Below are positions 53,059 through 64,000 of a DNA stretch of 64,000 bases, in pieces. The position numbers and the translations under genes are program-made. Positions within the stretch are counted from its first letter, which is position 1, and each line of letters starts with the position of its first letter. The notes beneath the pieces are model-generated. The model searched no databases and had not been told where the DNA came from. It saw nothing but the letters and a program-made list of their open reading frames with translations. The stretch comes from Antedon mediterranea (Eukaryota > Animalia > Echinodermata), in the NCBI RefSeq assembly GCF_964355755.1, contig NC_092670.1, positions 37,622,388-37,686,387 of the forward strand. The letters run 5' to 3'.

Positions 53059-53250
53059 AGCTCTGTCTACACTATCAAAGTAGTTTGACAAAAAAGCTGT
53101 GATGTGTGTAAATATGGTAGTGATATGCCCAAATAAGGTAGTGATATTCAATTTCTTTTATTTAGGAAATTTCATCTATATCAACAAACGTACAAACAGA
53201 AAAAGAAATTTGCATGACATCATGTCCATATACGAGTACATCACATTTTT
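53059..53250 (+). mobile_element. MITE family A copy with ~65-bp internal insertion, right TIR lost
   Basis: Left TIR, two units, insert at ~53148-53213, then TGACATCATGTCCATA...CATCACATTTT. Confidence 0.75.
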
Positions 53251-54188
53251 TATTATACTGATATTCTTAATCATTGCTAATTTGCCAGTTTCTGTTTTCA
53301 GTTTCTGTTTGACACTGTTATGGTTTCGTTTGCTAAATAATTATAATTTTTCTATTAATTTTTTTGTTAAATAAATATAATAAATAAAAAAGAGATATAA
53401 ACTATAAACTGGTCAACTTAAGCACTATTTTTGAGTGGTTAAGTTGTTTAAATTTCTATTTCCCTAACGTGAACTGATGCTCTTTTGTCTAATCCTTTAT
53501 TTTCCTAATGCCTTCCTTTATTATTTCCATAACTTCCTATTTTCCTATTTAAAAAAAATAAATATACTGTAGTCCAAATGTCAATGACTCCATTGTGGCC
53601 TTATAATACTTCATACAGTATTGCTATTAGATTGTAAAAGACTTAAAATTAAGCCAATAATATATAACAACATTTTCCTATTTATATTTAACCTATAACT
53701 TTGTAAACTATATAGTACGGTGACAGAAACAAGCAAGCATTTTTGATACTGATTTTATTTGTAGAATACCTGGACTTAAATTAAGCCAATTATACTACAG
53801 TAATAAACTGTTGTCCTATTTTAGATTATAACCTACTACTCTTTAAACTACATAGTACAGTTACAGCTATGGTGATTGCAACATGCAAGCATTTTAGATA
53901 CTGGATTTATTTGTAGAATTCTAGGAATTGTTTATCTAAGTGTGATGTATGTAATACCTCAGATTCTTGTGCCTGATTAATCATCTTCTTGACATCATAA
54001 TATCTATAGTAACATGTTCCTTTATTTAGTTAGATAAACCTATTAAGTTGCTTGTTACTAGTGGCAATATTCATTTTAACAGTCATTGATTATTCTCTTG
54101 TATTGTAATGGAAAAAGCTAAAGATTTGCTAACATTGCAACTCTACAGTATATTTTATGCCTTGCTTTACAGTACCTGGATAATGTAT

Positions 54189-54333
54189 AGCTCTGTCTAC
54201 ACTATCAAACTAGTTAGACAAAAAAACTTTGCCCAAATATGGAGGTGATATACCCAAATATGCTATGACATCATGTCCGTATATGGCACATCACATTTTT
54301 TGTCACATACAGTTTGATAGTGTAGACGGAGCT
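54189..54333 (+). mobile_element. MITE family A copy
   Basis: Both TIRs, degenerate units. Confidence 0.8.
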
Positions 54334-54594
54334 TTATTAAAGGCGTATTCTGAATCAAACAGGATGGTACTAATGGTTTTATTGTTTGTTATTGGTAATG
54401 TGTTTTTTAATTCAGAAGAGTCGGATTCGATGTCATTAAAGTGCTGATTACTGAAATGAATCATTCATGTTGGCAATTTATTTCTCATCTGATATACAGC
54501 TGTAACTCTCAAAGAACATTTACCTAGAGTTCATACTGTAGCATTTTGTGTTTATTGAGAAGACAGAACAGATGCAATTTTCCAGGTTTTACAG

Positions 54595-54830
54595 GACTGC
54601 TATGTTGATTCGCTGGCTCGTGTGCACTTTAAAGAACCCAGTACATCTTTTGGAAGAATAGGGGGTTATCCCGGTGTACTGGTCCATGCAGCCCCTGTCC
54701 CTTAGGGGAGGAGAAAGTTGTGGTATGTGTCGTCCACACCTGTGTGCAAGGTTTCCCCCCGTTTACATTTTTACATGTTAGTCCATTTTCAATTCATGCT
54801 GCACTTGAGTTGTACACAAAAGAAAAATGA
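54595..54830 (+). mobile_element. Deu-domain-like SINE fragment
   Basis: GCACTTTAAAGAACCCAGTACATCTTTTGGAAGAATAGGGGGTTATCCCGGTGTACTGG resembles the Deu domain; related copy at ~58520-58600. Confidence 0.6.
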
Positions 54831-55974
54831 GCATTACTTTAATACATAAACTAAGACTGAGTAGTAAATCTCTTTACCTATTTGGATTTGTAATGGAAAC
54901 AAAGGATCTGAACTGAAGTTATAATAATTTCCAGTGAAATCCTTGTAGACTAGTTCTAGAACTGTTTGGATAAACTTCCTAAATCCTTAAGAACTTCACC
55001 TGTGTCGAAAAATAGTTAGCATGCCAGTTACATGCATCAAACTTTTAACCACAATAACAGATCATAAATAAAAGAATTTGGAATTGTTAAATGAATTTAA
55101 CATTTTTAAATATTTTAAAACTTCCTCTTCCAGAACCACACCCGTTTTCTCAAAGCAAATAATGTTAAAAATGTCTAATTCTTTATAGTTTAACGTTGTC
55201 CTATTTTAGGCTTACTATATTTTTACTATTACCCATAGCATTATGGTGTAACATGATTTTCAAAACATGATATAGTGGCCTAAGGATTCAGGTCACTGAG
55301 TGTAGCATTTCAGCAACACCACCTAGCCCGCAACATGTAGGCGTTGAAATGCGTCCAACTCTCCAACAGATATGACTTTGAGTCACAGGCAGTTGTTCTT
55401 CATGCTCCTTAAGTTCTTCAGTACCATATTTACTAACTGCAAAGTTTTCAATTGAGTCATAAGAAGTTTGTGTTGCAATGTATTACAATCATTATTGTGG
55501 TATGCAGTTAAATCTCCCCCTCCCCAACCCCCTTCCTTTTATTGTAACTTGACAGTTCAGGTTTACTAAATTAATTTTTAATATTTTAAAATTATTTCTC
55601 AATAAAAACAAATTTCAGATACTAAGAATACACAAGTGTAATTAAATCTCCGAAGAAATAAGTATGTTAACCTGCCAAAAGCAATTTACCTGTATGACGA
55701 TAATTGGCACATCTAATTGTGTTATCATTTATAGATAGTATGTTGGTTGTTTAAGAGATTCAATTAGGCTTGAACAACTTAAATAAACAAATTAAAATTG
55801 TGACAAAAGGTGAACAGCCAGCAAGATATTTAGTTAGAGATAATATTAATAGAGAATGATTCATTTGATTATTTTAGACATGTTTTGTCATACTGATTGT
55901 GAATCAAGATGTGATGAACTAAATACTGTACAAGTGTCAGTACACGGTATTAGTACTGTAAGCCACAGAAGAGT

Positions 55975-56606
55975 AAAGTCTATTTCCACTATTGTTTGTA
56001 TAACAAAAAAGTCTATTTCCACTATGCTATTGTTTGTATAACAAAAAAGTCTATTTCCACTATTGTTTGTATAACAAAAAAGTCTATTTCCACTATTGTT
56101 TGTATAACAAAAAAGTCTATTTCCACTATTTGTATAACAAAAAAGTCTATTTCCACTATTGTTTGTATAATAAAAAAGTCTATTTCCACTATTGTTTGTA
56201 TAACAAAAAAAGTCTATTTCCACTATTGTTTGTATAACAAAAAAGTCTATTTCCACTATTGTTTGTATAAAAAAAAAGTCTATTTCCACTATTGTTTGTA
56301 TAACAAAAAAGTCTATTTCCACTATTGTTTGTATAACAAAAAAGTATATTTCCACTATTGTTTGTATAACAAAAAAAGTCTATTTCCACTATTGTTTGTA
56401 TAACAAAAAAGTCTATTTCCACTATTGTTTGTATAAAAAAAAAGTCTATTTCCACTATTGTTTGTATAACAAAAAAAGTCTATTTCCACTATTGTTTGTA
56501 TAACAAAAAAGTCTATTTCCACTATTGTTTGATAACAAAAAGTATATTTCCACTATTGTTTGATAACAAAAAGTCTATTTCCACTATTGTTTGTATAACA
56601 AAAAAA
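55975..56606 (+). repeat. ~33-bp minisatellite (AAGTCTATTTCCACTATTGTTTGTATAACAAAA), about 19 copies
   Basis: Obvious tandem units with variable A-run length. Confidence 0.95.
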
Positions 56607-57799
56607 CACCAAACAATCTTTTAAAGATATATGGTCCTACCCTCTTTTTTATTTTCTTTTGTCTTTTTATAAGTGATATTTTTTTTTATTACAGAACTTC
56701 AAAATGACCTATTTAAAGTCGGATTTTATTAATATTTATTTTTCATTTTTTCTTAATACTGTACTGTATATCTTTAACCTCAAATTGATTGTACATAAAT
56801 CATCACTTTCCCCTTCTTGTGAGTTTATTTCAGAATAGATTTGAGTTCAATAACAAGTATTTTTGTCAGTTAAACTTTTCAATGAGGTTTAATGTAAAAT
56901 TCTTATCATGTCTTTGTCCTTATTTGGTGTAGGAAAATGACATGGTTCTTGATTCTCACCTTATTTAAATGTCTTTGTCGAAAGATAAATCTAGGCTCTT
57001 TGATCTCATGATTATCTGAAATTGTCTTTTGAGCCATTAAATCTTGTTGTGATCTTGTTAAGAAGGGACACGTTTCTCGTGGCTAAATCAATCACTTAGG
57101 ATATGATATACAGCCTGGCTTTACAGTTTAATGTGCTCTCCCTGAAGAGCATTTTAAGATTTCTTCACCAGTGCTTTCAATAATTAATTTGAATCTGCTT
57201 AATTGACAAGCTAAGATTTTGCCATTTATCAGTATTTTTCATTGAAAGTACTGTACTATGTTAAGAATTCTTGAAGTCATATTTGTGTGTTAAGCCAAAT
57301 AGTTTGTATATAATACTGTAAAGTACCGTACATTAAATTACTGTATACCAGTTTTTTTTAATAGAAAACTTAATAAAATGGACAGCAACAGAGACTCGGA
57401 TTGTTCACTTGATTGTTAAATGACATTTACTGTACCACAGAGACATAACTATCTTTCTTTTTGAGCTAAGGGATATAAATTGCTATTATTAATAATATGA
57501 AGTGTGACAAATGACACTGGTAATTTGTGGACCGTATAATGATCTTTAAAGTGATTTAATATGTAAAACTGAGGATATAGCTAGAGGAGAATTACCTTAT
57601 TATATGGATTAAACTATTCAAATCCTTGTTTGCTGGTTCATATTCTAGTATGATGCTAATGGTAGGCATTTAATTGTATATTATCTATCTGTATAGGTTC
57701 TCTAATATCAGTGTCCGCAATTGACTGTAAACTATAGTTAGCTTTTCCAAACCAGATAGCAAACAAGTTGAGTAGCCAAGAGGAGGCCACAAATCATAG

Positions 57800-58430
57800 G
57801 GCATGTTTTTACAACACGCTATTACACGCATATTCAACACGCCTACGAGAAGTGTGTTGTATAACATCGAAGAGATTCCGTGTAACGAGATTTTAATTGC
57901 AAAAAAAGGCTACTTGGCTGAATCCTAAAATTGTGTGGATTCCCGGTTGCTGTTGGCGTGTTGGAAGTGTCCTCATGGTATTGTTTTGACCTCTCGTTAA
58001 ATAAAAGTATGTGCTGTGAAAATTTTGACCATATCTAGTAGATAATTGTAATTTTTTTGCATATTTTAACCTATTTAGCACTTAACATTAACGCTAATCA
58101 AATGTTTGCATAATTTGGCAAAATGTAGCATAGTTTTATCCTAATTCTAAAACATTTTTTTTTCTAATTTCAAAAGCAGATTTAAAAAATCAATAATTGA
58201 ATAAACTAAATTTTAAACGAAATCATCCTTTATTAAAATCCTTAATATAAACTCATATTAATTCATAATGCATGCAAGTATATATACAACTTAGGATTAT
58301 GAACTACAGTATAACACTGTATTACGATTTCATGTATAACTGCAAGGTTTTTGTGGGGTTGACCTCTGCCTGTGCAACACGCTAAAAATTAAAGACGTGT
58401 TCAAATTTAGGGTGTTGTATAAACACAGCC
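57800..58430. mobile_element. Possible degenerate TIR element
   Basis: GGCATGTTTTTACAACACGCTA versus TAGGGTGTTGTATAAACACAGCC imperfect inverted ends. Confidence 0.4.
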
Positions 58431-58489
58431 ATAGTCAAACAATCGACACAGCTTAGAGGCTACTTCAATAATAGTCCAATTGTTTTCAC

Positions 58490-58720
58490 TACTTAAGGCT
58501 GGAGGTCCAGTGTACACATGTAGCTTGTGTGCACTTTAAACAACACAGTGCATCTTTCAGAAAAGTTGGGGATAACCCTAGTGAGCTGGATCATCTCAGC
58601 CCCTTTCGCCATGGACAAACGAATGAGCACCATTTAATGGCAGCTGTATGGCATGAATATTGTTGTGTATATTTTCCACCCATGGGTGCAATTCAGCCCA
58701 GTTAGGCTGCGAGGCATTAT
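58490..58720 (+). mobile_element. Deu-domain-like SINE fragment
   Basis: GTGTGCACTTTAAACAACACAGTGCATCTTTCAGAAAAGTTGGGGATAACCC is similar to 54618-54675. Confidence 0.55.
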
Positions 58721-58981
58721 CATTTATTCTCACACATTTCAAAACCAGATTATTCAAATGACATTAATATGACTTTATGACTTTGAACTTTCATCAACAA
58801 CTTACCATTCCAGTCCCCACCACCATAAAGAAAAAAGATAACTCATTGTTATGTTAACCACAAATTTCACATTTTACTGTCCCAGTTCATTTCTTATCAA
58901 CTTTATTGTTTATTGTGCATTGCAGCAAACTACACTAGTAACATTAGTAATTATAGTACTGCACAGTGCATGGTACTTTAA

Positions 58982-59349
58982 GGGCCTGTTCAGACCTACG
59001 GAGTTATGCTTTCGTATTGTACGCGGCGTACAACTCCATAGGTCTGAACCAGGAAAAGATTAGTGGAAACCACCTCGTACGACACTGATCTTTCGTTCGT
59101 TACGACAGCTCAAGGTACAAGATTGGTGGACGCCGCTTACGATACGAAAGTCATGCATCAACGATTTTGACCTCTAACCAATCAAAATTACTCCTGCATA
59201 CCACATGTTCGCCCAAATCAGTGACACTTCTTCAGTTTGAAACGAAAGCGTTAGTTAGGCAAATCTGAACATTTTTCTGTTACGACGCTAATTATAATAT
59301 GACATTGCTTGCGATACGAAAGCATAACTCCATAGATCTGAACATACCC
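58982..59349. mobile_element. MITE with ~36-bp TIRs (Harbinger- or Kolobok-like)
   Basis: TTAA|GGGCCTGTTCAGACCTACGGAGTTATGCTTTCGTAT ... ATACGAAAGCATAACTCCATAGATCTGAACATACCC|TTAA. Confidence 0.85.
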
Positions 59350-59514
59350 TTAAATTACTACTGTATATAATCATACATATTGATTTAATCTGCTCTATGG
59401 TATGTACAGTATAACATTGGCATCACCGGGTAGTCCATTGTGGCCCTTGTTTGATATGGCATACGAAAATTAGCTTTTACGTTGAAAACATAAAAATATA
59501 GTGTTCTCTGGTAT

Positions 59515-59857
59515 ATTTTATTTTTTATTTTATTTTATTTAATCGAAACCAACAGCGATAATTACCGCCACTAACAGGTTTGATACAAACAAAGCCAGGA
59601 CTGTTTAAAGCACCTTGATTGGTCCTAACATTGATCAAGGGCTTCTCTCGTCCAGTGCCCACCTTGATCAGAGGTCTGAGGCAGATACTACTGTAGATGC
59701 AGGGGCTGCCATAAGAGTCTGATTTCAAATGCCTAACGGGACCCCAGCTCCGTATACAGCACCCGTTATTCCCAGATGGTCTCCCATCCAAGCTCTAACC
59801 AGGCCCAACGTCGCTTAACTTCAGTGATCTTAACTATGGTGGTAGTATGGATTGTAT
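59515..59857 (-). mobile_element. 5S rRNA-derived SINE (SINE3)
   Basis: Minus strand GATCACTGAAGTTAAGCGACGTTGGGCCTGGTTAGAGCTTGGATGGGAGACCATCTGGGAATAACGGGTGCTGTA matches the 3' two-thirds of 5S rRNA, followed by ~210 bp of unrelated body and an (AAAAT)n tail. Confidence 0.8.
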
Positions 59858-59965
59858 AAAATGAATTTCACTTTAGTTTGGTACCAATTAAATATTTACC
59901 AATGCATGAATCTCTATACTAAACATCTAATCTCTTAAAAATTAAAATTATGTTTATAAAAAAAT

Positions 59966-60172
59966 CGTGAGAAATTGTATTTTAGCGGGAGAGCAAGAGA
60001 TGACACATAATATAGGGGACTCTCGCCATTGTCAAAAGCGTTGGAAGGTCTGTAGGAAACTTTTTAAAGTCTTATATATGTTTGCGAGAAATTGTATTTA
60101 ATAGCGTAAGAGCAGAAGATGAAACAAAATATAGGGAGACCCCCGCCATTGTCAGGAGCGTTGGAAAGTCTG
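59966..60172 (+). repeat. ~118-bp tandem duplication
   Basis: GAGAAATTGTATTT...CGCCATTGTCA..AGCGTTGGAA.GTCTGT occurs twice. Confidence 0.7.
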
Positions 60173-60699
60173 TTTTATGAAAACTCTTCATCAAACATTG
60201 TAAATTTACTTACTTTACTCTAGTATTTTCAAAATCTTTTCATCTTTATACTGTAGCCATCATGATGTTTTCATATGACTAGAGAACAAAGACCTTAAAA
60301 TTTTGCAAACACAATAAGAATAATAGGCTGCCTTGAAAAGAACAATACGATTTAAAGAAAACAAATAATGATTGTTTGAACTAGAATAAAGACTTTCTGA
60401 TACAATGAGTTGTAGATGTAAACATGAACAATTTAGTACTTTATAGTAGCGGCAGTAAGAACCTATAACCAAGATTATGACAAGTTCTTTGTTTCATGCT
60501 GTATATTGTACAAACAAATTAAATATTTATGTTGAAAGCAAAACTCTTGGAAAATAAGTCCAATCAGGAAGTTTTTCCCTGGTGCAATCTTTACTTTCAG
60601 TTAAAATTGTATTTCCCTCATTCAGACAGGCATTATAAAAAATAAAATAATTTTTTAACAAGCAGCCAGGAAACTCATTTTGTATCAAAAAAACAAATA

Positions 60700-60871
60700 C
60701 AGTCAATTCTTTCCAAAAATACTGGATACCTTTGGGCTAACATGTCTGGTTTTCTGGAAAGTCTGGTATTGGGAATGTGTTTCTAATAGTAAAAATGAGT
60801 TTGAGATCTTTGGACCTCAAGAAAATCCAGCTTTCAGAGAGTCGGGTATTAGTGGGAGACTGAGTCAACTG
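60700..60871 (+). mobile_element. MITE family D, degenerate copy
   Basis: TA|CAGTCAATTCT ... CAACTG|TA with an interior colinear to 20144-20363. Confidence 0.7.
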
Positions 60872-62060
60872 TATATAATGTACAGTCTATAAAGATAAAC
60901 AGGATACTGCACCTTCAAAACTTCAAAAGTGCATTATACAGTACTATAATAGTTCAACGGTCCTCTATGATTACACAGGAAAAAAATACTGTATATGGCG
61001 GAATTCTTCATGCGTTCTACCTATACAACCACAATGGTGGTTTTTATGCCACTCAAATTCTGAAAGATGCAATGTCAGTAAAGAGATTCAAAACAAAGAA
61101 AGACATGGACAACATTATGAAGATAACGTGTAAAGTGCAGTACATATATACCAATGTTCCAAATAGTTACAAATGTTATCACTGTTGTCATAGTGCGTTG
61201 ACCTTTGGACAATCCTGATTTACTAGTTGTTCAAACAAAGTATGTTTTGTCTACTGACAAACATTGTAGTGAGAAAAGAAGGTTAAACTGTATGTATACA
61301 AGCATATCCAGAAATTGGAAAATGGAAGTATACAAAGTGTCAATAGAGTGTCAATTATCATTGTCGATAGATAGGTACATTCTATGCAATAAAACTGCCC
61401 TAGAAAGTTGTTTAATCACCATTGAAACATGTAGGTATATTTTTTGTAGGTTATTTGCAGCAATCAAAATCCAGCTTGTCTTTATTGACTCAATTGATTA
61501 GTAAATGTTTGCAAATGTACTAGAGTTTATGCATTTATATTTACATTGAATCAACAGTAAAGAAATTCACATTTATCAGCTGTGCTTATTATGTCTTATC
61601 ACTGTCCTGAAATCTACTTGAGACAGATCATATCTTATCTAGAATTAACCTTTTTTCTGGTTGTCATTTAACTTATTCTTACTTAGCTAGTAGTCTTTGT
61701 TGTACAAAATGGTCACCCCTACAGTATTTGTCTAAGAAATATCCTTGTCTCATGATCTTGAAGTTGTAACAAAAACCCTGCATATGCTTTTGTATGTTCT
61801 ACCTCCCTCTAACATTTTCAAGTTTGTTATTGGAATTAAAGGCCAAAGCTGTATTTAAGTCTTTGTGTGATTAATTTAAGCATAAAAATATATTGGCAAC
61901 ATTTCTGAAAGCAAACTCCTCCAGATTAATTAAGGATAAAGATTACCATAGAATGGATGTTTCTTTAGAATGGAACTATGGAGGTAATTTAGAAGAATAC
62001 CTACCTACATTACAGCATTGAGGCTTTATGACTACAGATGTATTTCAAGATACCAATTCA

Positions 62061-62313
62061 GTGCTTTGGTATCCATCTTAGAATAAAGAAAGTATTTGGT
62101 ATCTTTCTTAGAAGAAAGTATTGAAGAAGATAGCAATGCAGCGCTTTGGTATCCATCTTAGAATAAAGAAAGTATTTGGTATCTTTCTTAGAAGAAAGTA
62201 TTGAAGAAGATAGCAATGCAGCGCTTTAGTATCCATCTTAGAATAAAGAAAGTATTTGGTATCTTTCTTAGAAGAAAGTATTGAAGAAGATAGCAATGCA
62301 GCGCTTTGGTATC
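62061..62313 (+). repeat. 80-bp minisatellite, 3 copies
   Basis: GCTTTGGTATC recurs at 62063, 62143, 62223 (variant) and 62303. Confidence 0.9.
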
Positions 62314-64000
62314 GTAATAGAAGACATATATTTCAAAAGAAGATACTCAACACTCTCGACAAATGTGTCATACTTAAGCTAACATCTAATTTAATTTCAG
62401 AAACCAAGACATTAGAATAGTAGGAAGCTCTTCATCTAATCCAATCAAGTTTTTGAAAGCATTGCAACCAAAAAATTATCTTGGATCGTAGTTTGATTGT
62501 TATAATCGTTCTGTAAGATTATAAAGATGGGATGTTTGATTTATGCAATGTTATATTCACTAAGCAACGTCCGTTCTGGCTCTCATTAATCATAATAAAA
62601 GGGTCAAAGACTTCGGATTTTAGCTAGAGAAGAATGAATTTATTTATTTCAATTTGTCACAGTTAATTAGAGCATACATTTAGTATCTTTTTCATCTTTA
62701 TCTTGTGTTATACCAGTGGTTTGTGATGTTTTTTCTACCACTTTACAAGCTCTCTTGAAGACATGTTTACTCTCTCATGTCTGAAAAGAAATGATGATGG
62801 TGGTTTGTGGGGAGACTCCCACCTGAGGACATAGTTCATGGACTATACCACTTGTGGAGAGGGGTGTTCAATTAAAATTTCTACTTTTTGAGGTATATCT
62901 CGCTCTTTGAAGAGAAAGGGCTATTGTCGGTTTATCCAGGTAACCTAGCACTCATAGACTACCAACACCACTGTTGGTTTGTGTATTCTACATTCTTATT
63001 ATTATTCGTACCTTTCATGTACGTCATCAACACATTTACTGGCAACGTTAAATTACTATGCGATTGTATAGCCTAGAAGATGTCATTTGTGTTAATCAGT
63101 TGAAAATCAATAAGAAGATGTAAGGATGACCTGTTGTGCTACATTGGTATGACATGAGTTACTTTAAATGTATTCGTTGCTAGTGTAAAGTAAATATTAG
63201 TACTGTATACTTAAATCTTAAAAGGATTGAATCATAAGAATTGATTTGTCCATGATTTGTCACTGTAGTAACAACATTAAAGTAATTTAAAGTACAAGTG
63301 ATATTCATAAATTAAATGTGAAAATTTTATATAAATTATTTACAGTAGTCCTAATTGAAATATAATGGAGCATACTGTATGTAGAAATTAAAGTTTTAAA
63401 TGCTTGTGTACAATATTTAATTAGTTACCTAGTATAGGTTATCATTACTGAATTCACCCTCTAGGGACAGGCCGAATCCACATGATGTAGTAATAAGCCG
63501 GGTATTAATAGTTGAAGCTGCTCGAGGGTTAATCACCCTTAATGTAGTGTTATCACCGACAGTCTGAAACAACATTCAGTTGAGCCGAGATGAACAGATG
63601 TAGAATCCCCTAGGGATGTTCACCTGAGCTAGGCCTAGCCTACCTGATCTGGCTTGATGAGGATGATCTGAAATGGAATCAAAGAAAGCTCTTAAAATAC
63701 ACATGGGTCTGTATCGGATGTTAGTTTTTATGATGAATATAATTAATATGCTGTTTAATCATTTTTCATTAAGAATTTGGCATCATCTAATTGATGCACA
63801 TGGTTGTTATATAAATTAATGTTGTTAAACCAGTAAAGTCATCTGAATGTGCGGACATTCTGATGGACTCACTTGGTGTGTGTGTCACAGTCTGTGATAC
63901 TTCCAGTACCTATTTGTACACCTGATAAATTTGAAGTTACTTAATTAATTATGCACCAATTTATCTATTGAGAATTCAAAAATATCAGTAACATAGTACC

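Noticed and set aside
55856-56455. Several overlapping ORFs on both strands with repetitive translations
   Set aside because: They are artefacts of the 33-bp minisatellite, with frames shifting at A-run variants.
59750-59830. Functional 5S rRNA gene
   Set aside because: The 5' part is deleted or diverged, there is no oligo-T terminator right after the 5S end, and it continues into a SINE-like body and tail.
60900-61130. Possible CR1-type LINE 3' remnant (AMSVKRFK..DMD)
   Set aside because: The similarity is too faint to support by eye.

Overview
AT-rich, intron-rich animal genomic DNA. It is probably an invertebrate deuterostome (inferred from Deu-domain SINEs and gene style), and it is not prokaryotic. 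The + strand carries the 3' portion of an ARHGAP21/ARHGAP23-family RhoGAP gene: end of the PDZ domain, a long disordered region, a PH domain split by a 19.5-kb intron, the RhoGAP domain with its arginine finger intact, and an RRRHTV tail. I reconstructed 11 core exons from 1580 to the stop at 37113. This gene is followed by the first coding exon of an integrin alpha gene (PS1/ITGA3-6-7-like, 42107-42339), whose first intron runs off the window. The introns hold many non-autonomous DNA transposons (Harbinger-, Kolobok-, pogo/Tc1-, hAT-, ISL2EU- and P/hAT-like), tRNA- and 5S-derived SINEs, a ~108-copy 47-bp satellite interrupted by a transposon, and several minisatellites. Four observations stand out. 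(1) A cluster of frame-preserving phase-1 cassette exons/microexons flanked by Rbfox (T)GCATG motifs. (2) A 12-copy MITE family whose variable 21-bp internal repeat is a perfect SRF CArG box. (3) Candidate alternative first exons inside the giant PH intron. (4) A tandem array of decoy 3' splice sites. All family assignments come from visual motif recognition; no database searches were run.
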